Shown here: positions 32,182 through 42,507 of the stretch, piece after piece
Layout: each line of letters starts with the position of its first letter
How positions within the stretch are numbered: position 1 is the stretch's first letter
Source: Candidatus Bathyarchaeota archaeon
GTDB taxonomy: Archaea; Thermoproteota; Bathyarchaeia; 40CM-2-53-6
DNA: 64,000 nt
Assembly (NCBI GenBank): GCA_963833125.1
Contig: CAWHWX010000001.1
Span: forward strand, 345,702-409,701
Direction of reading: 5' to 3'
The notes under the pieces: generated by a model
What the model was told of the DNA's origin: nothing
What the model saw: only the letters and a program-made list of their open reading frames with translations
Databases searched by the model: none
Program-made: the position numbers and the translations under genes

Positions 32182-32871
32182 CTAAGCCTTGCTAAGCCTG
32201 CTTATCCAGGGATGACCTGAAGCGATTTGGGGAACCTTCGAGTAGATCGACGTGAAAACTGCGTAGGGTACCGCGACCGAGAAGACTGCGTGCAGAGCAT
32301 TGAAGATGCTCGTAAAGAGCAACATGGCCGAAAGAATCTGCCATGGTCCTGCGAATTGCATGTGGAGCGTACCTTGAAGGGTTTGTTGGCTAAAACCCAG
32401 ATAGTCTATACCGAAAATTACTGGGCCAATATACGTGAAGACAAAGTAGTTGATTACTAGCAGAATCAAGACTCGAGTCATGATTGCAAACGCAAGCATT
32501 GTGCCAAGAGCTAAGGATATTCGATTATGATTCACCGCTAACCGTCGATAGGTTATGCTTCCTAACCACAAACCCAAGAGTGTTGAAAGTACCGAAGCGA
32601 ACTTTACGGCAGGCCCTAACGGCGTATCGGTTCCTGTGGCAGTGAGAAACATCCAATGAACAGTAGCGGTTACAAGCGCGGGGATCGGACCGAAGATAAA
32701 GAAAGCTAAGACCGAGAATAGCTCGGCCGGATCAAACTTGAGGAATGGCAGTATTGGAAATGATGGTTGAATGCGAGCAGGAAGTATAACGGTAGTCAGG
32801 GCTGCAAGCGCACCCATCACTGCAGCGCCCGTTAAGCTCACGCTTCGCCTCGCAAACAGACTTTCCGTCAT
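32182..32871 (-). CDS. ECF transporter S component-like membrane protein
   Basis: FPILPFLKFDPAEL motif; multiple TM segments. Confidence 0.7.
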   Translation of the reverse strand: MTESLFARRSVSLTGAAVMGALAALTTVILPARIQPSFPILPFLKFDPAELFSVLAFFIFGPIPALVTATVHWMFLTATGTDTPLGPAVKFASVLSTLLGLWLGSITYRRLAVNHNRISLALGTMLAFAIMTRVLILLVINYFVFTYIGPVIFGIDYLGFSQQTLQGTLHMQFAGPWQILSAMLLFTSIFNALHAVFSVAVPYAVFTSIYSKVPQIASGHPWISRLSKA

Positions 32872-32973
32872 CTAAAGCACCAACGCTGTGCACAGAAAGT
32901 CACAACTACTTAACTTTTATTTTATGACAATCTCATGAAAACAACATGATATTATGTTTAAGTAGTCATTGTA

Positions 32974-33270
32974 TTATCTTCGTTTGTTGAATCCTTTAGC
33001 TTTTGTTATGAAGTCGCGTAACTGTTCAACGTTTAGGGGAGAGAGAACCCTGGATCTACCGACCTCGTAAACTTGGAGGAGGCCTGCCCTTCTGAGTATT
33101 TCGACGTGCCTATACACTCCTCCGTAATCCATTTTCAAATTACTAGCTACAGCAGTAATGTGTAATGGCTTCTTGCTGTCCATGAGCATTAACAGAATAC
33201 GGAGCCTAACACTATTCCCTAACGCCGAGAACATTGCCGAAGCTAATTGGAGTTCTTCGGCAGCGGACAT
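32974..33270 (-). CDS. ArsR-family transcriptional regulator
   Basis: FSALGNSVRLRIL...VYRHVEILRRAGL. Confidence 0.8.
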   Translation of the reverse strand: MSAAEELQLASAMFSALGNSVRLRILLMLMDSKKPLHITAVASNLKMDYGGVYRHVEILRRAGLLQVYEVGRSRVLSPLNVEQLRDFITKAKGFNKRR

Positions 33271-33287
33271 TGATGATCAAGCCCTTC

Positions 33288-33479
33288 CTATGGCAGACAG
33301 TTATCACGGTTACTGAGAGTTAACCTTGTCCAGCGCCATTCCTTTCCTGCGGCAAACTCAGCCATGTGCTCGTTAGAGCAGAAATGGTACATTTTCATGT
33401 GCCCTTCTTCATCGATCGCGAAGGACAGTGAGGCCATGAGGTCGGATACCTTCCCACAGACATTGCACATGACTTTCAT
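33288..33479 (-). CDS. Small metal-binding protein (TRASH/YHS-like)
   Basis: CNVCG...YHFCSNEH; probable C-terminal frameshift. Confidence 0.5.
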   Translation of the reverse strand: MKVMCNVCGKVSDLMASLSFAIDEEGHMKMYHFCSNEHMAEFAAGKEWRWTRLTLSNRDNCLP

Positions 33480-33498
33480 TCTCTTGACCTAGGATCCT

Positions 33499-34263
33499 CT
33501 AGCTAACGTAGGGTAGTTCCCTTTCGCCGCCCTTACGGCCTTCGCGGGGAAAGGAATGCGAGAGATCCTTGGCCTTTTGCACAACCTCCGCGTTCTCTTT
33601 GGCTTGTTTCTCAAGCGCCGTGAGATCTATGGAGATGTTCAACATTCGCGAGGCGAGCTGTAGGGCTGCTTTCGCTGCGTTAGCATCTAGTGATAAGTAA
33701 CCCGGGGTTTCGGCTAGGAGGCAGATGGCTGGAATTTTCTTTTGTTTGGCGAGCCCGAATATGAGGCCGTTCGTTCCCGTTATTGCGCCTCCGGCTAGTT
33801 TCACTGCGCCCAAAGATTCGAGCTCCTTCACCGATTCGACATCTGTTGCACCAGCATATACCTTCGGCTGCTCTGCAAACCTGTCCGTAGCCATTCCACC
33901 CATAGTGATCACTTTTTTCGTAGCGAATTTCGCTGCTAAGTCTAAGACCACTTCCGCGAGCTCGTATTGCCCTTCGGGTGAATAGGGCTGCTCGTTAGCT
34001 GTGAAGAGAAGTAGATCGGATCCTCCGTCCTTGTTCTTCCAGTAGTGGAATTCGCCTTTCATCATACCCACGACTCCATCCTCACTCAACCAAACTTTCG
34101 GGGAGAACATTGGAGAGAAGACTTCCGCGAACAGTTGAGCTTTCAGCTCTTTCTGGAGGTGGTTGACTGCTAACCATGCGACTGAGCCGATGCCTGGAAG
34201 ACCACATACCATTACGGGGTCTCGGAGTTCGGGTTGTTGCGAGTAAAGCACTTCTGTTTGCAT
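33499..34263 (-). CDS. PAC2-family proteasome assembly chaperone
   Basis: GLPGIGSVA, ITMGG, GAITGTNGLIFG, CLLAETPGY, C-terminal YVS. Confidence 0.85.
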   Translation of the reverse strand: MQTEVLYSQQPELRDPVMVCGLPGIGSVAWLAVNHLQKELKAQLFAEVFSPMFSPKVWLSEDGVVGMMKGEFHYWKNKDGGSDLLLFTANEQPYSPEGQYELAEVVLDLAAKFATKKVITMGGMATDRFAEQPKVYAGATDVESVKELESLGAVKLAGGAITGTNGLIFGLAKQKKIPAICLLAETPGYLSLDANAAKAALQLASRMLNISIDLTALEKQAKENAEVVQKAKDLSHSFPREGRKGGERELPYVS

Positions 34264-34362
34264 TGTGATTCACGATGGATCATGAGTATTGGTATGGAAT
34301 CTATGTGAGTAGCCGGTAATTAGCATGCTTGTGAATAAGACCGGATTAGCGAGTGTTGGCGG

Positions 34363-34647
34363 CTATTGAGAAGGCAGTTTCTGTTGGCCAAATGGAGTGA
34401 GCCCCCATGCGAATGGTCTCGTCTTGCTCAATCGGTCCACCAATCGGTCCTTTCTGAGTGCTTTGAGGTGATAAGTGACGCATGCGTAAGACAGCCCGGC
34501 CTCTTTCACTATTTGTGGTGCACTCTTTCGGTCTTTCTCAAGAACTATGAGGATCCTAGTTCGTGCGACTAATCCTGCCTTGACGTTACGCTTCGAAGTG
34601 AGATAGGCTTTGGGATGAGAGCGCGCCGCGCTTTGACATGTTATCAT
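34363..34647 (-). CDS. Winged-helix domain protein
   Basis: RTRILIVLE...GLSYACVTYHLKAL. Confidence 0.7.
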   Translation of the reverse strand: MITCQSAARSHPKAYLTSKRNVKAGLVARTRILIVLEKDRKSAPQIVKEAGLSYACVTYHLKALRKDRLVDRLSKTRPFAWGLTPFGQQKLPSQ

Positions 34648-34648
34648 C

Positions 34649-37600
34649 TCAAACGAATTGCGCTAGGGTTGGCTGTTTCTTTTTCTCTTCATGTTCATTA
34701 AAGAGGGATTTGATCTCTTCGCGGAGAAGCAACAATCGCTGTACGTGGTACTGACCTAGGTCGTATCGCTTAACCAAATCCTCCGCTACCGTCAAGTACT
34801 TTTCCACACCCCCCTTGTACACAGTTAAAGAGAGTTTCCCGCCGCACCTGGGACAAGCTCCTTTCAACGGTAAACGCCGGAATTTCGAATTGCATTTCGT
34901 GCACCGAAATCTCTGCCCGGCAAAAGCCTTCAGGTTTCCAGTAAGGTCCCGCATGAAATGAGTTGACAACACCCTTTTCGCGACTTCCCCTGCTTCCACC
35001 GCTTTAATCGACTCCGCCAATTTCAGTTGCAGGGTCACCTTTTCAACCATCGACCCAAGTTGCTTGTAAACGCTCTCCAAGTTTCCCGCGTCCACATCTT
35101 CAGTATTATGAGTGAAACCTAGAGACTCCAATACTGCCTGCGAACCAAGCCGGTCCTGAACGGTCTCGATGATGCTCGCTTGAGATTTGGGGTCAGAGTG
35201 TTTTTGCGTTGCTTCGTAGAACTGTAATGGAAGACGGCTGACTGTCTCGATGTTGAAGGCTTGGCGGGCCACCTCCCGCGGCTTAATTCCGATGGTTAAC
35301 AGTATTGGCGCATCCATTATTCCCCCAATCCTTGAGGGAAGAAACTGTTTCGAAAAATTCAGAAGTATATCCAAAGCAAGGCTGACGGAGTCCTCATCTC
35401 CATCACAATCCCTGCGCTTTGCGGCGTGCCAGAATGGGTGTGCTAGGGTGACGCTGGCTTTCGTAAAGCCGATGATACGTCCAATGACACCCACTGAGGT
35501 GTGTGGTGAGAGGCCGATAACCAATTGACCGACGAGATCCTGTTTGGTCTTCGCATTGTAGAATGGGGGCAAGCCGTATAGGAGTTGTAGGAGATCGTCG
35601 ATGAATTTTGCAACTCGGACGAAATAGTCTCCGCACTCTTCAGGGATGATGATGTCGTGTACTCTGAGGCTACAACATTGATTCGATGTAAGCGGGTTGC
35701 CTGCTACGTCGACATCGTACCCCAACTCAATTAGCTTGTCGACCTCTACGCCGATCTCAGCAGGTTTGAAGTGTGTAAGCGGCGCATTCGTCGCATCGAA
35801 TCGTACGGTTCCATCTTTGAAGACGGATACGTCATACTTCGCCCTTAGAAGTCCCTTCTCAAGCGGTTCTGGCGTCCTCGTCTTATTGGTCAACCCGCGC
35901 ACGCCTTTTACGCTCTCGGGAGTGACGGTAAGGGAGAGTCTTTTTTGCGCCGAATTGAATAAGTCACGTATGGGTACGTTTCTTCGAGTAAACGCCTCGG
36001 CGTTGCCTTTGCATGAGGGGCAGATTTTACCGGGGGTATCGATACCGCACCTTTGGCAGGTGAACGCGCCGACCGTATCGGCGCCACATTTCTCACATTT
36101 GCCCAAATGGGTCGTGTTACCGCAGCTCCCGCATTTTCGATATGCCAAATCAACTGAGATTATGCTGTGTTCTGCTATAGTTTCAACAATATTCCGTCGA
36201 GAACCCCCTGCTAACCCAATAGGAAAGAGGCAATGGACGACAGGCCGCATTTCACGCCGCGCCGCCTTTTCCGGCCGACCCATCCGAGCACCAACGTAAA
36301 CCGGTGCCTTTCTCATCACCCGCATCCCCGAGGCGTGAAAGAGCTTCTCGAACACGTCCTTCCCCTCCACTGCACCGCTCTTAGAAGCCAACCCAAGGCA
36401 TTCATACAAGATCGGCGCATCCTCGTCTACCACTAGGAACTCTCGATCAACTCTGTGCGGGACGCATAGGTTCTCCAGAATCGCCTTCGTCATTACATCA
36501 TTCCTAGTCGATATACGATTAGGGGATGAGGTTGTTTGGTTGGGATCCAGCAGCCTCGAGCGTAAATGATCATAGTCTTGTGGGGCGATGTTCTCCCAGA
36601 ACCAAGTATACTTCGGATGCAGAGGAACATTGGATTGTTTGGCGATGCGAATTGCCTCCTCAGCCGTTGGACATTGTCCACCTGAGTCATTCAGATAGGC
36701 AACAATGCGAGATTCGTCAACACCTATGTGACCCGCAAATTCATGCAAGCTGGAGTGCTTTGTAGCTTCAAGTTCCATTAGCTGCGTCCACCATTCCTCA
36801 ACAAAACCTGATGGGAGTAGGGGGCGATTGTTCTCGAGAAATTCTCCGAATCCTATCAGTATGTCTCCTAGGAACAGGATCTTATCCACCGAATCGAGGA
36901 GCGATTCCGTTCGCTTTGCATCTGACAGTCTGACAACGGAACCATCCTTCAATCGGACAATGGGTGGTTCGATTGAATCAACGGTGGCCGCTATGCCTGC
37001 CTTGCCAGGCTTCTCTAACCTCAGCTGTGTCCCTACTGCGATGAACTTGCCGAGCACGATCATTGTAGAAGGATGAAGTCCGATTGCAGCTAGGCCGGTG
37101 TTTCTAGATCTACCATATCTCAGCCTGAAGCCTCCCGTGAACTGAGGGAAAGAGAAGATTGGCCGTCCTGCCAGAACATCCTCCATGAACATGAACTCAC
37201 GTGCTTCTTCAGCCTCAGCCACGGGGGGCTTGATTTCCTTCAGCCAGCTCCATCCCTCTATTCCCAGGCTGTCGATTATCTTCAGGACCTTGTGGCTTCT
37301 CCCGATCAATCCATCGTGAACAACCCTTAGCGCTCCGCCTCTGACCCGGTTCGTGTCTACCCGTGGCACGTTCCGGTACGCTGAAACTTCGACGGGATCA
37401 GTTTCAACACCGTTGACTTCAACAGGTAGTCGCATGACGGCGTTGAACAGCTCCTCATCTGAGACCTTAAACTGAAATCGGGCCACCTCTCTCTCGTACA
37501 AGCGTAGTTCTTCCACGAACCTTTTCGCTTCAAGTTCAGTAGCCTTGTATCGACCCAATCCCACCTGGTGTCTCACATAATCAGCTATGACAAGAATCAA

Positions 37601-38062
37601 TGCCATATCGGTGCCCCCAGCAGACCTAATGGGGCCTGCAAAATAGACGGCTAGATACTTTGAACCATCTTGATTTGTTCTTATCCTGACGCTTGAGATT
37701 CCCTCAATCGGCGCGGCGGTAACGCCTTCATCTAGAATGGCCGAAGCTGTTCGGACCGCTTGCTCTGCTGCACGTTCACCATCAACTCCATATTTGGAAA
37801 GCGAGATCTCTTCAGCTATCTTGAGCGCTACTAGCTCACGCGGCATTAGAAGCGAGAGTTCGCGGATTCTTGCAGCCACCGTGGGGGGACCGACGGCTTT
37901 CTCGACGCGCTCCGCAACATCCTGGGTAACCACAGACTCTGGGTCGCGTGAGGGATCAAACCCCTTTACACGTGCCTGTCTGGCAAGATCATAGATCTTG
38001 TCAACCTGATCCTTCAGGCCCTGAAAATACAGGTCATGTCGGCTTAGAGCTGTGGCATCCAA
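34649..38062 (-). CDS. polC: DNA polymerase D large subunit DP2 (no intein)
   Basis: FAGPIRSAGGT, GFRLRYGRSRNTG, RMGRPEKA, HAAKRRDCDGDED, C-terminal Zn finger, PIP-like QPTLAQFV. Confidence 0.96.
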   Translation of the reverse strand: MDATALSRHDLYFQGLKDQVDKIYDLARQARVKGFDPSRDPESVVTQDVAERVEKAVGPPTVAARIRELSLLMPRELVALKIAEEISLSKYGVDGERAAEQAVRTASAILDEGVTAAPIEGISSVRIRTNQDGSKYLAVYFAGPIRSAGGTDMALILVIADYVRHQVGLGRYKATELEAKRFVEELRLYEREVARFQFKVSDEELFNAVMRLPVEVNGVETDPVEVSAYRNVPRVDTNRVRGGALRVVHDGLIGRSHKVLKIIDSLGIEGWSWLKEIKPPVAEAEEAREFMFMEDVLAGRPIFSFPQFTGGFRLRYGRSRNTGLAAIGLHPSTMIVLGKFIAVGTQLRLEKPGKAGIAATVDSIEPPIVRLKDGSVVRLSDAKRTESLLDSVDKILFLGDILIGFGEFLENNRPLLPSGFVEEWWTQLMELEATKHSSLHEFAGHIGVDESRIVAYLNDSGGQCPTAEEAIRIAKQSNVPLHPKYTWFWENIAPQDYDHLRSRLLDPNQTTSSPNRISTRNDVMTKAILENLCVPHRVDREFLVVDEDAPILYECLGLASKSGAVEGKDVFEKLFHASGMRVMRKAPVYVGARMGRPEKAARREMRPVVHCLFPIGLAGGSRRNIVETIAEHSIISVDLAYRKCGSCGNTTHLGKCEKCGADTVGAFTCQRCGIDTPGKICPSCKGNAEAFTRRNVPIRDLFNSAQKRLSLTVTPESVKGVRGLTNKTRTPEPLEKGLLRAKYDVSVFKDGTVRFDATNAPLTHFKPAEIGVEVDKLIELGYDVDVAGNPLTSNQCCSLRVHDIIIPEECGDYFVRVAKFIDDLLQLLYGLPPFYNAKTKQDLVGQLVIGLSPHTSVGVIGRIIGFTKASVTLAHPFWHAAKRRDCDGDEDSVSLALDILLNFSKQFLPSRIGGIMDAPILLTIGIKPREVARQAFNIETVSRLPLQFYEATQKHSDPKSQASIIETVQDRLGSQAVLESLGFTHNTEDVDAGNLESVYKQLGSMVEKVTLQLKLAESIKAVEAGEVAKRVLSTHFMRDLTGNLKAFAGQRFRCTKCNSKFRRLPLKGACPRCGGKLSLTVYKGGVEKYLTVAEDLVKRYDLGQYHVQRLLLLREEIKSLFNEHEEKKKQPTLAQFV

Positions 38063-38134
38063 CGGGGCAGGCCTAAACTACAGACTGGCCTTCCTCTTCT
38101 TTAAGACTAGGAGACGCTAGTGCCCGCACGCAGT

Positions 38135-38422
38135 TCAAACCGGGGCAGATTCAGCGGGCTGCTGACTCTGCTGAGTTTGAGCTTGGGCCTTATCTTTGAC
38201 GTAGAAGCTGTCCATGAACACGCAGTATATGTCGACGATCTGACTTGACGGGGTCGCTTCGAATTCGCGTTTGAGTCCACACGAACCACATTGGACAATC
38301 GCGGGACCGGCCCCCTGCGGAAGTTTTACGCGTATGGCCTCCTCGCCACAGACGGGACAGGTAAAGACTGAGGGTAATTTCTTCTTTACAACTTTGACTA
38401 CCCGTCTTCTACGTCTACCCAA
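38135..38422 (-). CDS. elf1: Transcription elongation factor Elf1
   Basis: MGRRRRR...LPSVFTCPVCG...CGSCG...VDIYCVFMD. Confidence 0.88.
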   Translation of the reverse strand: MGRRRRRVVKVVKKKLPSVFTCPVCGEEAIRVKLPQGAGPAIVQCGSCGLKREFEATPSSQIVDIYCVFMDSFYVKDKAQAQTQQSQQPAESAPV

Positions 38423-38884
38423 ACCCGACTCCTCTCTAATTCATGAGCAGAGATTAGCCCGAGTTATTTCAACGTTCCACCTGGTCTAACATCAGACTCA
38501 GTCCTGAAGGTAACGTCAAGTTAACGGTTGTTAGGAGGTTCCTTCTGTTTTCTGTGCGGAATTAAATGGGGTGGAGCCACCCCTCGAGGGGTGGTGCCAA
38601 ACGGTGCCAAACGAAGGACACCCTTGCCCCATTTCACGCCTCGATTCACCCATACGAAGCGATTTGCAGCAGCGAACCAACAAGTTGACGTTACCGTCCT
38701 GAATCCTTTGAAGTGCAATTCACCCTCATGTACCAATCAGAATCATGATGGGTCACGGACCGAAATGGGAAATGTGGTTCGTAACCCGAATCCGGAAAAG
38801 ATGTGTGAGGGTGTCAAACAGAATTTGGGAGCTAGGATTTGTTACCCTCATACCCGTTACTTGGATGGGTCTCAAAGATTTTAA

Positions 38885-39385
38885 GTGAATACGAAACCGT
38901 ATCCACACGGGAGTCCCTTGGGAGAACAACCTGACCCGTCAGAAGCGCGCCATTCAATCCACGACATCGTGAACGATCCAATCACGAAACTTCTCCTAGA
39001 AAGCAGCCACCTAACCTTGCCGCAACTGGAAACACTACTCGCTGACTCCGTTTCACAAGAGAAAACAATGAAAAAAGGTTACAGACGCCTTTTCAGGCCA
39101 TCAACGAAGAGAATTAGTCGCGGATCATATAATCGAAGCCTAATCCAAGCGCAAAATAACATTATTCGATCGATTTACACGATCTTGCTACTGGGATACG
39201 TGGGGTTGTTCGATACCTCAGCGTTGCAGCCATTCATCGAACTCTCGGACACACTCCAGGGCTACATCCAAGAAAACCAGTCCTCCTCACCCGGCGACTC
39301 AGAAGCGATTCGAGACTTGAAGCGAAGACTCTCAGAGGCTATCTCCGCATTGGCCTACCGTCAAAGCTTCAAGGATATCCTATGA
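38885..39385 (+). CDS. Hypothetical protein, probably DNA-binding, origin-proximal
   Basis: LLESSHLTLPQLETLL...ISRGSYNRSLIQAQNNIIRSIYTILLLGYVG. Confidence 0.65.
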   Translation: MNTKPYPHGSPLGEQPDPSEARHSIHDIVNDPITKLLLESSHLTLPQLETLLADSVSQEKTMKKGYRRLFRPSTKRISRGSYNRSLIQAQNNIIRSIYTILLLGYVGLFDTSALQPFIELSDTLQGYIQENQSSSPGDSEAIRDLKRRLSEAISALAYRQSFKDIL

Positions 39386-39393
39386 CCAATCAT

Positions 39394-39600
39394 GTGATGT
39401 CACGTGATATGTCAAGAATAAGCCGCGAGCTATTCAACCACACTGCACATTTGGCGAAATGAAAACGGGAATAAATAGGCCAAATCAGTCTATACGGTCA
39501 TAATATATGCCGATTGCGTGATGTCACTGTGAGCTAGGTGGATGTCACATCATCGTCACGTTCAAATCATTGTGACATCATAGGGCGACTGTGACATCAC
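39394..39600. repeat. Cluster of GTGATGTCAC/GTGACATCAC quasi-palindromes
   Basis: Copies at 39394, 39518, 39539 (partial), 39572 (inverted, 9/10) and 39591 (inverted), plus a variant at 39404. Confidence 0.8.
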
Positions 39601-39647
39601 AAGGTAAAAGAGGTTAAAGCGTCCTGAATCTCCCCTTTTCCATAACC

Positions 39648-40347
39648 TTGGACGCCTTTGCGCTATCAGTGGATTTGATTTCCGTTCTCTGTTTGGTATT
39701 GATAGGCATCGTAGGGAGCAGGGCGATCCGCGCTTTTCAGCAAAGCAAGCAAGCGGTAATCGAATCCTCGTCATTGATCAGCGTGATCGTAGATGCTCTT
39801 TCTTCACGCATTCAACGCTCTGAATCGGTAATGATTCAACTACGGTCAGACATGGAGACAACGACGCAGCGCAACGACGCCATCGCGGGAGAACAGGTGA
39901 ACTTACGTGCATCACATCAGGATACTTTGCATCATTTGCAAGAGATCTTAGCCAGCGACAAGAAGCTCATCTTGGAATTCGAGCAGCTAAAATCCAAACT
40001 CAACGCAATTCAACCAAGAAGCCCGAGTTAACGATGCCCTACCGAAACGTGAGAATTTGACTGCTCAAGTCTCTGATGGAGACTTCTTGGCCTCCCTCAC
40101 ACCAACTGAACGTCTAACATTAGAGATTTTGAGGGATGAAGGCGCGAAAGCGGCTCCGGAAATTGGAAAGCGCCTGACGAAGTCTAGAGAACACACATCG
40201 CGACTGATGAAGAAGTTGTATATGGAAGGGTATGTCGACCGTGAATCGAACCATGCTCCGTTTAGGTACAAACTGAACGAGGCGTTGCGGTCAACACTCG
40301 AAAGCTCCAGTAACCCCATCAGGGCGAAACCGTCGGAGACGCCTTAA
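39648..40347 (+). CDS. TM-coiled-coil-winged-helix (MarR-like) protein (1-nt frameshift near 40026)
   Basis: N-terminal hydrophobic helix, heptad-rich middle, LTPTERLTLEIL...KSREHTSRLMKKLYMEGYVDR. Confidence 0.75.
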
Positions 40348-40716
40348 GTCTATAAAACCAGTGAGCAGCCGACCCTGTCCTCTCCAACATACCACGATCC
40401 ACAAGCCGCGATAAATACGTCGAAATTGCACCAAGGGTGAAACTCTCCCCCCAGACTTCTCGGTAAGATTGGTAGATCTCGCGAGAATCGAAACTGCGAT
40501 CGGCTAGCCGTGTGTTGATAACGTCCGTTAACCGATCCATCTTGCTCTCTCGATCCTCAACCGAAGGGGTGTGTTGGTTAGGACCGGCAACGATTTCCGG
40601 TATTCCAATAGCCGATTAACCTTCTCCACTGTAAAGTCACCTTCAATGGCCAGGCTGTGTTTTGCACCGGAACGGTCGAAGAATTCGAGCTTGATGCGTT
40701 TCTTCATAACAGCCAC
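40319..40716 (-). CDS. Hypothetical protein with C-terminal winged helix (frameshift near 40600)
   Basis: MKKRIKLEFFDRSGAKHSLAIEG... joined to ...LGAISTYLSRLVDRGMLERTG. Confidence 0.65.
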
Positions 40717-40769
40717 TAATCACAGGTCAACAAATTATAAGCTGATGGCAGATGTTGAACATGCTACTG

Positions 40770-41250
40770 ATATAGTTTCACCGGAAAAATCATGCTTGCA
40801 GTGGAAACTAAGGGGTTATTGCGACAGTCTACAGTTGACAACATGTGAATTGTAACGAAGCTACTTAAGATGAGAGTCCCTAACCCCTTGATTTCGACTG
40901 GACAAACGCATTTGTTCAAATACTGAATAGAGATCCAAAATTTCTGCCAGCTAGTGAAAGTTAGAGGAACGAGTACAATTCACTGAATGAGAGTACATTT
41001 ATTTTGAAAGAGTAATAGTACAATGACTTCTTCTTAACAGCATGAAAAACACCTAACCGACTTCACTATACTTGGAGTGGAACCATAGGGGTGAGGGGGT
41101 CCGAAATCCATTTTCTAACAGGTTTTACAACAATTTTACAGAGTACTACGTGGTAACTCAGCATAGGAGTTCCAGTGGCTGTAGTTGATTTTCTTGTACA
41201 ACAACCATTAGCTACTTTTCAAGATGTAGGACCGGTGTGACCAGTGGAGG
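40770..41250. other. Chromosomal replication origin (oriC) with ORB elements
   Basis: TTGCAGTGGAAACTAAGGGGTT (40796-40817), inverted GTCCAGTCGAAATCAAGGGGTT (40882-40903), TTGGAGTGGAACCATAGGGGT (41072-41092), GTTCCAGTGG (41169); AT-rich stretch ~40970-41050; immediately upstream of cdc6. Confidence 0.8.
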
Positions 41251-41277
41251 CATGTTCTCTTACCAGCTGTAGACGCA

Positions 41278-42507
41278 ATGGAGACTCTATTCGACAAGTA
41301 CCTGTCGACTGCCAAAATATTCGCAGAGTGCGACGTTCTGCGGCACGACTACATGCCACCTCACTTACCACACAGAGATGAACATATTCAGCGTCTGGCA
41401 GGAATTCTTGCACCCGCCCTCCATCAGTCGAAGATATCAAACGTATTCGTTTACGGAAAAACAGGCACAGGCAAGACCATAGTTACGAAATTTGTACTTG
41501 AAAAGTTGGAAAAGAAAGCCGTCGAGATCGGGGCCCCAGTCAAGATGGCTTACATCAACTGCCGTCTTGCAGGAACAAACTACCGAGTCCTGGCCGAGAT
41601 ATGCAGAGCAGTGGGAGTGGAAGTACCTTTCACAGGAATCGCCGTCGGGGAGCTCTTAGATCGATTCTCAAATGGGATTAATGCCGACAGAACCGCCCTA
41701 CTAGTAACTCTGGACGAAATTGATGCTCTGATAAAGCATAACGCGGACGATTCCCTACTGTATGAACTCACGAGAATCAATGAAACGCTTAACTCTTCAT
41801 GGATTAGCATTGTAGGAATCTCAAACGATCTCCATTTCAAGGAGTTCCTAGACCCACGCGTCCTAAGCTCTCTTAGCGAAGAGGAAGTCGTGTTTCGACC
41901 CTATCTCGCAGATGAGTTGTTTGACATTCTCCTCGACAGGACAAGATTGGCTTTCCTCAAAGGAGCCCTCGACGAAAACGCCCTGAGACTCTGCGCCGCC
42001 CTGGCCGCCGGAGAACATGGTGACGCGAGGCGAGCACTCGATCTTCTCCGCGTCGCAGGCGAACTGGCGGAGCGCGAAGACTCAGGTCGAGTGATAGAAC
42101 AGCACGTACGCCAAGCGCAGCAGAAGATCGAACACGACCGCGTATCTGAGGTTTTGAAATCACTTCCTGCACACTCCAAGATCCTACTTGTCGGAGCGTA
42201 CTTGTTGAGCAACCATCTCGCTAGTGGTGCAATTACTGGTGACGTGTATGAAGTGTACCACGAACTGTGTGGAGCTAGCGATTTGGAGGCGCTGACGCAG
42301 CGTAGGGTCAGTGGCCTTATCAACGAACTTGACGTTATGGGAATATTGAACGCGCGGGTAGTGAGTTTCGGGAGATACGGCAGAACGAAGAAAATAAGGC
42401 TCGGAGTATCTCCTCGCGTTATTGCGGATACCTATGCCGAGGACAACCTTGCGGGAAGACTCTTCGGATACATCCCCAGATCCCTCCAGAAGCATCAGTC
42501 AACCTAG
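41278..42507 (+). CDS. cdc6: Orc1/Cdc6 replication initiator
   Basis: YGKTGTGKT, LDEID, GDARRAL, GRYGRT wHTH. Confidence 0.95.
   Translation: METLFDKYLSTAKIFAECDVLRHDYMPPHLPHRDEHIQRLAGILAPALHQSKISNVFVYGKTGTGKTIVTKFVLEKLEKKAVEIGAPVKMAYINCRLAGTNYRVLAEICRAVGVEVPFTGIAVGELLDRFSNGINADRTALLVTLDEIDALIKHNADDSLLYELTRINETLNSSWISIVGISNDLHFKEFLDPRVLSSLSEEEVVFRPYLADELFDILLDRTRLAFLKGALDENALRLCAALAAGEHGDARRALDLLRVAGELAEREDSGRVIEQHVRQAQQKIEHDRVSEVLKSLPAHSKILLVGAYLLSNHLASGAITGDVYEVYHELCGASDLEALTQRRVSGLINELDVMGILNARVVSFGRYGRTKKIRLGVSPRVIADTYAEDNLAGRLFGYIPRSLQKHQST

Noticed and set aside
34649-38062. Intein in DP2 (or in Cdc6)
   Set aside because: Protein lengths are normal and the conserved motifs are contiguous.
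38740-38795. C/D box sRNA (ATGATG...CCGA)
   Set aside because: The boxes are too degenerate and no guide target could be identified.
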